From: an uncultured delta proteobacterium
GTDB lineage: Bacteria; Myxococcota_A; Polyangia; Fen-1088
Direction of reading: 5' to 3'
Length of the DNA stretch: 64,000 nucleotides
NCBI GenBank assembly: GCA_963796685.1
Contig: CAWCMR010000012.1
Span: 13,587-77,586 of the forward strand
Shown: positions 46,671-56,926 of the stretch, piece by piece
Numbering within the stretch: the stretch's first letter is position 1
How the letters are laid out: every line of letters begins with the position of its first letter
Made by a program: the position numbers and the translations under genes
The notes under the pieces: generated by a model
The model's input: the letters and a program-made list of their open reading frames with translations, nothing else
Databases searched by the model: none
Told to the model about the DNA's origin: nothing

Positions 46671-47828
46671 GTGAAATCGCAGAGATCGCGTGGTCCGCTC
46701 GTCATCGGTCCTTTTGCCGCATCGCTCCTCTTGGCCTGCGCAGGGGCCAAGGTCGGGGTCGAGCCCGGCGCTGGCGGCTCGCAAGGCGGCGGAGCCACCG
46801 GTGGCGACGGTGGGGCAGGTGGCGGTGTGAAGATCGACCTCGATGCCGCGCCCGGCTTCACCCCACCTGACACTCGCCCACCGGCGATGGACCTGCCGCC
46901 GTGCCCGACTGCCTACCGGCAGGACGATGCCGGAAATTTTTTCTGCTGCCCCAAACCCCTGAGCATCGTGTCGTTGGGCCAACCGGCAAGTGCAAACTAC
47001 GGGGCGGGCAGTGGCAAGGACAGTACCGACGCCTTTACGGCCTTCATGAACGGCAATACCAACGGCACTGCAACCATGCAGATGATCAAGTCCTTCACGC
47101 ATATCACCGCTCTCGACCTCAGCCAGTACGACGTCATCATCTTGCAAGCGCTGGAGGACAGCGAGTACACCAACCTTTGGAGCTACGACACCGCCGATGC
47201 GGCGGCACTGCGCGACTGGATTCACGACAAGGGTGGTGGACTCATCATCATGTCGGGATACGGCGGCAACACCACCGAGGTTCAGCCCATCAATCAGTTG
47301 CTGCAAGGCAGCGACAATTGGAGTGGCATTACCTACAATACGGATGACACCTTCAATTCGTGTCCCGACAATATGTGCTACTGCGCCGATTCGTCAGTCG
47401 CGTTTAGTGGTTGGACGACGAACTATGCGGACTTCGATCAAATCACGCACGATTTGAAGAAAGTCGGTGTCTTTCACGGCCGTTCCATCAATTGTTCGGG
47501 CTCCGACTGTCAGGTCTTCGCAAAGGATACAACCTGGGGAAACGTCGGCGTGGCGAAGAAATATGGAAACGGCAGGGTCTTTGCCTGGGGTGACGAGTGG
47601 GTCACCTACACCAGCCAGTGGGGCTTGGCGCCGGTGCCTGTGGGGACCGATCCGCTCGGCTACGACGATCCAGTCACGTACGCACAATGCGTTGGCCATA
47701 CGCCCATGACCTCCTACAACGTGCCGCAGTTCTGGTACAACACCTTCAGGTGGCTGGTTCCCGGCAACACCTGCTTCACCATTATCGTGCCCCCGACCGC
47801 TCCCCCGACCCAGATCATCATTCCCTGA
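46671..47828 (+). CDS. Hypothetical secreted lipoprotein
   Basis: 385 aa with a GTG start. Signal/lipobox AASLLLACAG and a short Gly-rich linker. I recognised no family. Confidence 0.6.
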   Translation: MKSQRSRGPLVIGPFAASLLLACAGAKVGVEPGAGGSQGGGATGGDGGAGGGVKIDLDAAPGFTPPDTRPPAMDLPPCPTAYRQDDAGNFFCCPKPLSIVSLGQPASANYGAGSGKDSTDAFTAFMNGNTNGTATMQMIKSFTHITALDLSQYDVIILQALEDSEYTNLWSYDTADAAALRDWIHDKGGGLIIMSGYGGNTTEVQPINQLLQGSDNWSGITYNTDDTFNSCPDNMCYCADSSVAFSGWTTNYADFDQITHDLKKVGVFHGRSINCSGSDCQVFAKDTTWGNVGVAKKYGNGRVFAWGDEWVTYTSQWGLAPVPVGTDPLGYDDPVTYAQCVGHTPMTSYNVPQFWYNTFRWLVPGNTCFTIIVPPTAPPTQIIIP

Positions 47829-47926
47829 TCGATTCATGCGAGGGCGTGGACAAGGGATTATCTACTAACCGCGTGCCAACCTGCTGCTTCCATCGCGGCC
47901 AGGCGAACCGGCTCGCGGCCGCGTGG

Positions 47927-49039
47927 CTATTCCGGGCTGCCGCGTAGGCGCCAGATTACCTGAACCAGCGCAATCACGCACAGTGGGCCGGCGATGAGTA
48001 GGGCGTGGACGAGCGCCAGCTTGGTCAGGCCCAGAAGCGCGTAGACCAAGAAGGCAAGCACGTAGAAGTCGCGGCGGCCCATGCTGAAGACCAGAATAAA
48101 GGGGCTGACGCGCTTTTGGTTCAGACGCGTCTTCATGCTGTCCTTGCCGGCGATGCGCCAACGGACCTTGATGATCTCGCCGCCATCGCCCTGACGCCGG
48201 ATCTCGGTCAAGGCGACGGCATCGTAAATCAGGTGCATGAGCGAGGCGCCAAGACCGCAGAAAAGCAGCAGCGTGGAGCCACCGTTGCGATAGAGGCCGA
48301 TGCCAACTGCGGCGAAGATGACGATGTTCAGGCCGTCGTCGACCATGGTGTCCAGCCACTCGCCGATGGCGCTTTGTTGAAAGCGGACGCGGGCCAGCTC
48401 GCCGTCACAGCCGTCCAGGATGGACTGGACATGGGCCAGGAAGAATCCCCAAATCATGAACGCGTAGTTGCCGCTGGCGATGAGCGCGGCGCCCACCAGA
48501 CCGACCATTGCGGCGCCCAGGGTGACATGGTTGGGTGTGAAGGGCAGGTGGCAAAGGACGTGGCGGGTGATGAAGAAGGACACCGGCTTGTTGAGGTAGC
48601 GCGCGACGAATCCCAGATCCCCGCGCATCAGCTCGGCGAAGACGGCGCGCTCAGCCTTGCGACGCGAGGTCTCGTCCACCACCTTCATGCCGCCTTCCAG
48701 CGAGCGATTCGACGGTCGAACCTCGTTTGCGCCGATTTCGACCGCGTTCCTGAGCTCGCTGCGCAGGGCCGCCAGATCGTCGGGTCGGGGGACCCTGCGC
48801 AAGAGTACGGACGGCGGCAGGTACTTGGGTAGGGTGCAGCTACCATCGGAGGCGACGATGATGGACAGCCCCATGCCATCCAACTGTTTGATGGACCGCT
48901 CGACCACGGAGAGTCCGGCGACGTGCATGCTGGCGCCCACGACCTCGGCCGTGGTGGCGCGAAGGAGCGCGGGACGTTTGCTCGGCGGCGGGTTGGAAGA
49001 CGGCGTGGATGTGTCGTTCGTGGATGCTGGTTCTGTCAC
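47927..49039 (-). CDS. CDP-alcohol phosphatidyltransferase family membrane protein with an N-terminal soluble extension. The start is uncertain.
   Basis: Complete family motif DGCDGELARVRFQQSAIGEWLDTMVDD (D-G-x2-A-R-x8-G-x3-D-x3-D). Start candidates are GTG 49039 and ATG 48926. The ORF-track start 49237 would overlap the upstream gene. Confidence 0.7.
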   Translation of the reverse strand: MTEPASTNDTSTPSSNPPPSKRPALLRATTAEVVGASMHVAGLSVVERSIKQLDGMGLSIIVASDGSCTLPKYLPPSVLLRRVPRPDDLAALRSELRNAVEIGANEVRPSNRSLEGGMKVVDETSRRKAERAVFAELMRGDLGFVARYLNKPVSFFITRHVLCHLPFTPNHVTLGAAMVGLVGAALIASGNYAFMIWGFFLAHVQSILDGCDGELARVRFQQSAIGEWLDTMVDDGLNIVIFAAVGIGLYRNGGSTLLLFCGLGASLMHLIYDAVALTEIRRQGDGGEIIKVRWRIAGKDSMKTRLNQKRVSPFILVFSMGRRDFYVLAFLVYALLGLTKLALVHALLIAGPLCVIALVQVIWRLRGSPE

Positions 49040-49121
49040 GTTGGCCTTCTCGCGCAGGGCCGGAGTCTGCCCGAGAAGGAGCGAAAGTGCACGAACCAAG
49101 CGGCGGCAGGACGCTGCGGAC

Positions 49122-49793
49122 CTACTCCTCGGGTAGGAGCAGCATGTTGTCGGGAAGACCCGACCAGCGAACGATCTGCACGCCGGCCAAAAGGGTGTAC
49201 ATGTGAATGTTGCCATCAGGCATGACCCGGAAGTCAACCGTCGGGGTGATGGCCCAGCCGCCGGTCAGGCGCTTGCGCCAGGGGAAGAAGTCGTACATTA
49301 GGCCGAGGGTCATGTACGAGCCCGCGCCACCGCGCAGGGAGGTGTCGAGCGCCGTGTTGTCGCGGGTGTAGACGTAGCCGATCCCGAATCCGCCGTGGAC
49401 CGAGAGGTTGCGCCAGACCGTCGCATCACCCTCCAAGATGAGGCCGCCCAAGCCGCCTTTGTCGTTGCCCTTCTTCATCATTCCGAGGAGGCTGCCCGCG
49501 CTTTCGTAGAGCAGGCCCAGGCCCAGCCGTTCGGTGATGAGCTGACCGATACGGAGGGTGTAGCCGTAGCCCGAGTAGATGCCGTGGTCGTGGCCCTCCT
49601 CGATGTAGTTCGAGGCAATGCCGTAGAGGCCAAAGCCGATCCAGTAGCCTTGGCGCGCGCGCGGCGGCTCGAGCAGCGAGCTCGAATCGCTCCCGTTCCC
49701 TTCTTGGGCGAGCGCGGGACGGGCATGGCCCGCGGCGAGCCCCAGCGAGGCGAGCACCACGGCCACGACGGTTTGGCATGCCAAGCGCCGCAT
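49122..49793 (-). CDS. Small outer-membrane beta-barrel protein
   Basis: 223 aa. Signal peptide ...AAGHARPALAQE and alternating aromatic/Gly beta-strand pattern. The start overlaps the receptor stop (ATGA). Confidence 0.6.
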   Translation of the reverse strand: MRRLACQTVVAVVLASLGLAAGHARPALAQEGNGSDSSSLLEPPRARQGYWIGFGLYGIASNYIEEGHDHGIYSGYGYTLRIGQLITERLGLGLLYESAGSLLGMMKKGNDKGGLGGLILEGDATVWRNLSVHGGFGIGYVYTRDNTALDTSLRGGAGSYMTLGLMYDFFPWRKRLTGGWAITPTVDFRVMPDGNIHMYTLLAGVQIVRWSGLPDNMLLLPEE

Positions 49794-52529
49794 CAGAATT
49801 CTCCCTTCAGGCCGAGGATCGGGTAAATGGGCAATCCCTGACTGTACTGCATCTTCTTGAAGTCGAAGTTGTACTGGGGTTGCTCGGGGTTGGCGTGGTC
49901 GGTGACATTCTGCAGATCCAGATAGGCCGTCAGCATCCAGGTGTTGTAGATCCAGCGCTTGTCCACGCGGATGTCGAGTTGGTAGAAGGCGGGCACGCGG
50001 CTGGAGTAGGTGTTGGGACTGTAGATCGCGGTGTAGCCGCCGACGTTGGTCGAGGAATCGAAGATCGAGCCGGTGACGGGCGTGGCGGGATCACCCGTGA
50101 CGTAGCGGAAGCGCGAGCCGATTTGCCAGTTGCGCGGCAGGGAATACGAGCCGAAGAGGGTCAGGATGTGCGTCTGGTCGTACTGGAACAATCGGTAGGA
50201 GGTCGCGCCCGAGTCGCGGCGCTCGGCGCGCATGAGGGTGTAGGCGAGCCAGCCCACGAACTTGCGCGTGAGCTCGTGCTTGGCGACGAGCTCGAGGCCG
50301 TAGACGCGGCCGAGCCCGTTGTTGTCGTAGCGCGGAGCGGAGGTGTCGCCGTTCAAAGAGGCCGGGGTGATGCTCACCATGTTGCTCAGATCCTTGTAGA
50401 ACCCGGTCGCATCCAGCACGAGGTATTTGCGCGGCTTCCATTCTGCGCCGGCCGAGTAGTGAATCGCGCGCTCAGGCTTCAGGCTGGGCGTGCCGAACAC
50501 CGGGTCGGTCTGGTCGAAGCTCGGCTGTTGGTAGAAGAGCCCGACGCCGCCCTTGAGCGTGACCTGAGAGGTGAGCTCGTAGCGGGTGGTAAAGCGCGGC
50601 GCGATCGTGGACTGGGAAACCGAAGCGAAGTAGTCGGCGCGAATCCCGGGCAAGAGCAGGAGTTGCTTGATGGGGCGCCACTCCAGCTCGACGAAGGCGC
50701 CGGCCGGCCAGAAGTAGCCTTTGTTGTTGATCTCCTGGTGGAGGGTTTGCCCCAGTGAGCCGATGCCGGTGACGGTCTGTCCCTCCTGGGGCGGATGGGG
50801 CAGATTGAACACGCCGCTGATGCTGCCATACTGGATGTCGAGGCCGCCGGTGAGCGCCAAGCCCTTGGACCACTCGTAGCGGGCGGTGTCGCGAAAGTGC
50901 GTGAAGGCCAGGTCGTAGTTGAGGATGAAATTGAAGAACTGGATGTCGAGATTGTCCTTGCCGTACGAGAACCGCATGGTGTTCTCGAAGTGGTCGTTGG
51001 GCACGAACTTGTAGGTCAGAAGGCCCCGGTAGAAACCCGTGTGGTCCGAGATTTGATTGCCCGAAATCTGAGTCCCCAGGCGGGCGGCGTTGCGGAGGAT
51101 GACGTGGAAGCTGTCGTCCGAGCCGAAGATGAAGAGGCGCAGGTCGTGGGCCGGCGCGGGACGGTAATTGGCCAGGAACTGATAATCGTAGTAGCGCGGC
51201 AGCTGCAGCCCGGAGACGGGAGCGTCCGAGGGGATGGCCTGCTCGACCAAGTAGTCGACGTAGCTGCGCCGGGCTGCGACCGCGATGGAGAATTTCTTGC
51301 TGATGGGGGCTTCGAGGTAGACGCCGGCGTCGAACAGGTTGATGTCGGCGTAGCCGCCCACCTTCTTGGGTTTGAGTTTCTTGATGCCGACGTCCACGAT
51401 GCCGCCGGTGGCGTCGCTGTAGTAGGGCGAGAAATTGCCCGGGTAGAACTCCAGGTTGTCGATCATGCCGACCGGCAAGACGCTGCGCAGCCCGCCGAAG
51501 TGGTACACGATGGGCACCTGCGTGCCATCGAAGAAGAACTTGGTGTCATAGGGGGCGGAGCCGCGCACGATGATCTCGCCCGAGAAGGCCTGCGCTCGCG
51601 CCACGCCGGCGAAGTTCTGGATCACGGTCAGGGGGTCGCCAGCGGCGCCGGGCATTTTCTCGATGACCGCGCTCTCGATGACCACGCGGCTGACCTCCTT
51701 GCGTTCGCGCTTGGCCTCGACGACCACGTCGAAGGGGTTGTACGAGCCCTTCTCGATGTAGTACTTGGCCTGGGTGCGCTCGCCGGGATGGATCTCCTCG
51801 GTGGTGCGGAACGGGTAGTAGTTGGGCGGCTCGATGCGCACCTTCCACTCGCCCGGCGCGAGAATCGAAGAAATGGAAGGCGCCGCTGGCGTCGGTGATG
51901 TTTTCGAAGCCGATCGGGGTATCGCCCTCGCTGCGAAATACGGTGACCAGGATGCCGGCCATCGGCAGGCGCGTACCACGCTCGACCAACGTTCCCGTGA
52001 AGTTCTCGACCGGCGCCGGCGCGGGCTTCGCCGCGACCGGGGCAGTCGGCGGCGGAGGCTCGGGCGCCGGGGGCTTCGGCACCGGGAAGGTGAAGGTGTA
52101 GTTGATTTGCACCTCGGTGGGTTTGCCGGCCAGCTCGGCCGGCTCGAATTCCAGGTCGTAGGCCGCCGTCAGCGCTGCCTCTTCGAAGCCGAGCCCGGTG
52201 GGGGTCTTGGGCTCGAGGACCGCGGCCCCCTTGACCTGCCCCTTGTCGTCCAGATCGATGAGCAGCACCACCCGGACGTCCTGGGTGACCTTGCCGATGG
52301 CCTCCTTGGGGTAGGTGACCTTGGCCTGGCGGATGAGCTTGGGCGGCTTGCTCAGCTGATCGGCGTCGATGGTGCCGCCGCTCTCCTTGCCCGAGATGCC
52401 GGCCTCGCCGGTGCGAGCCGCCGCGGCCTTGCTGTCCTCGTCGCCGCTCTCTTCCGCGGCCCGGGCGGCGCTGATGGGAAAGAATGATGCGACAAGCCCC
52501 AGTGCGAGCGCGCGTTGGTACGCGTTCAT
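49793..52529 (-). pseudogene. TonB-dependent receptor-like outer membrane protein with an N-terminal TonB_C-like domain and a CarboxypepD_reg-like domain. Single-nt frameshift near 51863.
   Basis: ORFs 51546..52652 and 49793..51979 join as ...DASGAFHFFD|LAPGEWKVRIEPP... if one t is removed. The N-terminal module reads PPKLIRQAKVTYPKEA...INYTFTF. Plug/barrel blocks follow, ending in a terminal ...GLKGEF. Confidence 0.75.
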
Positions 52530-53902
52530 GGCTTGGGCTCCAGGCTGGCCGAGCCGGTCGTCCAGGTCACGCCACCGCGATTGTCCGTCACCACCACGAT
52601 GAGCCGTGCCATGTTGTTCCCGTAGTAGTCCTCGGACTTGGGCAAGGTCCACTGGTTGTCGGTCGCGCCGGAGAAGGGCGAATCGACGTCATCCGGAAAA
52701 CCCAGGAAGCCGGTCCGGTAGCCGCCTTCGCCGTCGCTGCCGAAATCGCCCGCCTCGGTATACCAGCGCAGGTTCAGTCGCTCGGAGATCCGCCTGGCGA
52801 GCGTCCGACCCGTGCCATCGGGCTTCATGTTCGGGTTGCTGGCGCTGTCGAAGGCATCGGCTTGCGCCGTCGGCAAGGTCTCCGCGGACGCTTGCGGAAC
52901 CTGGGCGTGCAATTTGATGCGCTCTTGCCGGGGCAGCGTGGTCGAGAAAGCGTCGTCGAGAAGCACGCCGAATGTCGGCGCGATGGTCTCCGCGGGCAGC
53001 TCGGCGGCGTCCACGGTCGGCGAGGCTTCTGCGAGGTCGATAGCGCCTTCCGCGTCGAGCGAGCTCTCCGCGTCGATGCCGGGCCCGCCCGTATCGACGC
53101 CGGGCCCGCCCGCATCGATCGCGGCAGGCGAGACCGCATCGGTCTGCGTGTCCACTGCGGCGGCACCGCCGTCGGGGGCTCCGCCCCAGGTGGCCTGGAT
53201 GCCGCCGACCACCGGGTTCTGGTTGCCTGGCGTGCTGTCGTCCCGGGGCAGCAGTACGGTGAACACGGTGGTCAGGGTCGGGCCGAAGTTGTCCTGCGGG
53301 GGTGAGCCACAGGGCGGCGTGTAGCGCAAGGTGATGGTCACGGGATACCCGAACCTGGGCTGGCCGCTCTGATCCAGGTCACAGTCGAACATGGTAGGTC
53401 CGCCGCCGCCGTCTGGCGTGGCCGAGCCGGCTCCCGCATCTGGCTTCGGGAACACATTGATGGCACCGGTACAAAGACCATCGAGGATCTGGGCCGGGAA
53501 GGGATTGGTCAGGGTCGCGGTCTCGCCGGTCCCGAGGTCAATCTCGCCCGTCGCGGGGTCGACTTGCAGCGCTTGGCCCAGACCCAACTGCCGGGCGAGA
53601 GCATCCACATCGGCCTGCTGGACGTGGCACTTGTAGCCATCGCTGCTGCTCGTGGGCACCGGGCACCAAGACCAATGGTACTGGGCCGCGGGATCGACGC
53701 CGGCGCAGATCGCGGCGTCGCTGTGCACGGGCGGCAGGTAGATCAAGGCCCGCAAGGTCGTCGAGGTGCCGACGCTCGGCTGGGGCGGCTCGGCTTGGAT
53801 GGCGAGCACGCGCGGGGCCTTGAGCAATTGCGGGGTGTTGAAGCTGTTGTTGTTACAGCCGAGGAGTGCCAGTGCACCAACGAGGAAGATGGATTTGCGC
53901 AT
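52526..53902 (-). CDS. Hypothetical lipoprotein, translationally coupled to the receptor gene
   Basis: 458 aa. Lipobox LALLGCNN. The stop overlaps the receptor start (ATGA). Confidence 0.65.
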   Translation of the reverse strand: MRKSIFLVGALALLGCNNNSFNTPQLLKAPRVLAIQAEPPQPSVGTSTTLRALIYLPPVHSDAAICAGVDPAAQYHWSWCPVPTSSSDGYKCHVQQADVDALARQLGLGQALQVDPATGEIDLGTGETATLTNPFPAQILDGLCTGAINVFPKPDAGAGSATPDGGGGPTMFDCDLDQSGQPRFGYPVTITLRYTPPCGSPPQDNFGPTLTTVFTVLLPRDDSTPGNQNPVVGGIQATWGGAPDGGAAAVDTQTDAVSPAAIDAGGPGVDTGGPGIDAESSLDAEGAIDLAEASPTVDAAELPAETIAPTFGVLLDDAFSTTLPRQERIKLHAQVPQASAETLPTAQADAFDSASNPNMKPDGTGRTLARRISERLNLRWYTEAGDFGSDGEGGYRTGFLGFPDDVDSPFSGATDNQWTLPKSEDYYGNNMARLIVVVTDNRGGVTWTTGSASLEPKP

Positions 53903-53904
53903 GG

Positions 53905-54876
53905 TTAGTCATCCGTGAGGCGAAAACGGTAGGAGTACTTCTTGGTCGAGGCCATGGGCTCGCCGTTGCGGGTGGCCGGTTCCCATGTCTGGGCCAGGGC
54001 GGCCTTCTTGGCGGCCTCGTTGAATTCAGGGTAGGGGGATTCGTGCAGGATCTTGACGTTGGTTACCTTGCCGGTGGCATCGATGAAGACCAGGACCTCG
54101 ACGTCGCTTTCGACCCCCTGGGCCTTCAGCGTGGGCGGATAGGCGGGCTTGATCTGCTGGCCCCGGTACTTCGCCTCACCGAAGACCACGCCCTTGCTCG
54201 GGATGCGCGTGGCGACCTGGTTCACCGTGGTCGGCTTTTCCGTGCCGTGCACCGGGGCCGGACGCTCCTTGGGGACGTCTTCTTTCTTGACCGCGATCTT
54301 GTCGGTTTCGCCGAGGCGCGTGTTGCCCACGGCAAAGGCTGGCCCCTCGCCGCTGCCCTCGCCGACCGTCGACTCGAAGCTCAGGCCCACGATGCGCGGC
54401 GGGGGCTTCTTCTCGGGCTCCTTGGGCGGCTCCTCGATCTTGGGCGCTGGCGGAGCCTTCACCACGGCGACCCTCTCGACCTCTTTCTTGGGCTCGGGCG
54501 TCTTCTCCGGCTCGGCCGGCTTGGGCTTCTCCGCCTCGTGCTCGCGCATTTCGATGGCCAGGCGCTCGCGTGCCTTGTCGCGCTGGGCGCCAAGGCTGCC
54601 CACGCCAAAGGCCATGATCACGAAGCCCACGTGCAGGCCCACCGACACCAGCAGCACGACAATGCCGATGGCCGCGCGCACCCAGCCGGGCATGCGGCGC
54701 TGGTCGCGGGGGGAGCGGAATTCGGCGTGGATGGGCACTCGCACGTGCGCCATCGTGCGCGTGCGCGAAGCCTGACGCCGCCGCGCGCGCTTCTCGACGA
54801 ACGGGTTGGTCCGGGCCGGCCGCGGCTTTCGTCCGGGCTCGCCGTTCGGTTGTTGCGACGTGGGCGTGGCAGTCAT
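53905..54876 (-). CDS. tonB: TonB-family energy transducer
   Basis: 323 aa. One N-terminal TM helix, a Lys/Pro/Glu-rich spacer, and a C-terminal TonB_C domain (PAYPPTLKAQGVESDVEVLVFIDATGKV...RNGEP). Confidence 0.8.
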   Translation of the reverse strand: MTATPTSQQPNGEPGRKPRPARTNPFVEKRARRRQASRTRTMAHVRVPIHAEFRSPRDQRRMPGWVRAAIGIVVLLVSVGLHVGFVIMAFGVGSLGAQRDKARERLAIEMREHEAEKPKPAEPEKTPEPKKEVERVAVVKAPPAPKIEEPPKEPEKKPPPRIVGLSFESTVGEGSGEGPAFAVGNTRLGETDKIAVKKEDVPKERPAPVHGTEKPTTVNQVATRIPSKGVVFGEAKYRGQQIKPAYPPTLKAQGVESDVEVLVFIDATGKVTNVKILHESPYPEFNEAAKKAALAQTWEPATRNGEPMASTKKYSYRFRLTDD

Positions 54877-54891
54877 CGGGAATGAAATCGG

Positions 54892-55320
54892 CTAGGGTGA
54901 GGGTGGCGCCGTATGACGCTCAACGTCGAGGGCGAAGGCGGAGACGCCGTTGCGTTTGACGAGGTCGATGAGATCCACGACGTGGCCGTACTCGACCCCC
55001 TTGTCGGCGGCGATGACCGCCTGCAACTTGGGATTGGCCGCGCTCTCGCGTTTCACGAAGCCGCCGATCTCGGCGATGGTCGAGGGCGCGCCGTTGAGCA
55101 TCAGACTGCCGTCCTTGTCGCACACGATGTTGACCGTGGACTCGACGCGCGCGCCGCCGGTGGCGGCCTTGGGCAGGTTGACCACCATGCTGGCGCGCAC
55201 GATGGCGATGGAGGTCAGCATGAAGATGATGAGGAGCACGAGCACGATGTCGACGAAGGGGATGATGTTGATGCTGGCGAGCAGCCCTTCGTCCTCGCCA
55301 TTGCTGGGTTGGGCGGCCAT
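54892..55320 (-). CDS. exbD: ExbD/TolR biopolymer transport protein
   Basis: 142 aa. INIIPFVDIVLVLLIIFM.... Confidence 0.85.
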   Translation of the reverse strand: MAAQPSNGEDEGLLASINIIPFVDIVLVLLIIFMLTSIAIVRASMVVNLPKAATGGARVESTVNIVCDKDGSLMLNGAPSTIAEIGGFVKRESAANPKLQAVIAADKGVEYGHVVDLIDLVKRNGVSAFALDVERHTAPPSP

Positions 55321-55322
55321 GG

Positions 55323-55982
55323 CTACTCCTTGGCGGTCTTGCCGGCCGACTTGAGCTCGGCCATGAGCACGCGGGTAAGCCCGTCGGTGTTGGTTACCGC
55401 GTCCTTGACCATGCCCTTGAACACGTTGTAGGCCACGACCGCCGGGATGGCGACCAGGAGGCCGACCGCGGTGGCAACCAGGGCCTCGGCGATGCCGGCC
55501 ATGACGCCGGTGCTGGCGTTGGCGATATCCTTCGACATCTCCTTGAATGAACGGATGATCCCGAGCACCGTGCCGAACAGGCCGATGAAGGGCGCGTTCG
55601 AGGCCAGCGTCGCCAAGATCGACAGGCGGCGTTCGTACTCGGACTTGCCACGGCTCAGGGCACCGGCGATCAGCTCCTCGACCGACTCCGGGCCCTTTTC
55701 ATAGCCGCGCAGCCCAGCCAGGGCGACGTTGGTCTCCAGGCTGTCGTGCTTGGCGAGCAGCTTGGCCGCGGCGTCGAAATCGCCCTTGTCGAGAGCCTTG
55801 GCGAATTCGGCCTTGATGGCTTCGAAGTCGATCTTCCGCCGCCGGTAGAAGAACCAGCGCTCGACCATGACCGCGACGGAGAGCAGCGAGAGGCCAAGCA
55901 GGAGCCAGAGCACCCACTCGGAACGAAAGACAGGCAAGGATAACAGGCGTTGGACGATTCCTTCGGCAGCGTTCGTGTTCAT
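55323..55982 (-). CDS. exbB: MotA/TolQ/ExbB proton channel protein
   Basis: 219 aa. ...LATLASNAPFIGLFGTVLGIIRSF...ALVATAVGLLVAIPAVVAYN. Confidence 0.85.
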   Translation of the reverse strand: MNTNAAEGIVQRLLSLPVFRSEWVLWLLLGLSLLSVAVMVERWFFYRRRKIDFEAIKAEFAKALDKGDFDAAAKLLAKHDSLETNVALAGLRGYEKGPESVEELIAGALSRGKSEYERRLSILATLASNAPFIGLFGTVLGIIRSFKEMSKDIANASTGVMAGIAEALVATAVGLLVAIPAVVAYNVFKGMVKDAVTNTDGLTRVLMAELKSAGKTAKE

Positions 55983-56110
55983 GACTTCTTCCTGGGTAAT
56001 ACCGGAGCGGCGAACCTAAGTAACACCGTAGCGGAAGTTTTTTGTCACCACCGCTACACAATTGCAACCATGCGTTGTCCGGCTGCGGTTTCGGCAGCAG
56101 CGCGGACGGT

Positions 56111-56809
56111 CTACTTGTCGCCGGCGCCACCCACGAGGCCGTTCATCTTCCTCGGGTCGAAGGGCTTGGGCTTCTTGGTGATGGCGGCTTTGGCTCCCGT
56201 CCCCGTCGCGGACAGCTCCATGGTCGCGGCCGGGATTTGCATGGCCGAGGGAGCGTTCTTGTCGACGTCGGGCGTGGTGATGACCTTGACCAAGCCCAAG
56301 GGCGACACGGTTTCGTTTACCCAAACGTCCACCGTGCCCATGGCGTTCTTGTCGCGGTAGTGGCTGGTCTTGAACGTCCCGCCTGCCACCTTGAGATCTT
56401 CCTTGGCCACCAGGTTCTTGGGATCCGGATGCTCGAAGCTCTGCACCGGGGTGTCGGGTGGGACGAACATGGGGGCGTCGTTGCCGAACTGCATGACCAT
56501 GGGTTTGGGGGCCTTCTCGCCGCTGGTCGGATCCGCGGGCAGCACCATGCGCAGCACGACCGGCTTGGCGACCGGGCCGCCCTTGGTCGTCATCTCCAGG
56601 GTGTTCGACTTGCCGTCGCGGGCCACCAGTGCCCAGCGCGACGACAAGGTGATGGTCCCCATGGTCATGGTGTATTCGGCCCAGGAGCCGATCGCGACCT
56701 TTCTCATGTCCACGACCAGGGGCATGCCGCCCGGTACACCAGGGCCTTGGGCGCTGGCGGAGATGGGGAGCAGCAAGGTGGCGAGGGCGAGGGCTTGGAA
56801 AATACGCAT
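56111..56809 (-). CDS. Hypothetical periplasmic/secreted protein
   Basis: 232 aa with signal peptide MRIFQALALATLLLPISASAQ. Confidence 0.6.
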   Translation of the reverse strand: MRIFQALALATLLLPISASAQGPGVPGGMPLVVDMRKVAIGSWAEYTMTMGTITLSSRWALVARDGKSNTLEMTTKGGPVAKPVVLRMVLPADPTSGEKAPKPMVMQFGNDAPMFVPPDTPVQSFEHPDPKNLVAKEDLKVAGGTFKTSHYRDKNAMGTVDVWVNETVSPLGLVKVITTPDVDKNAPSAMQIPAATMELSATGTGAKAAITKKPKPFDPRKMNGLVGGAGDK

Positions 56810-56926
56810 GAGAGATCCTTTCGCGCTTGTCTACCCCATGACGACGATCTTTGCTTCGGTCTTTCGCAGTGACACGGCCCGCGCGCGTTCCTGCCCCGCG
56901 GTGCTACGGTGAGTCAACGGAGAGCC

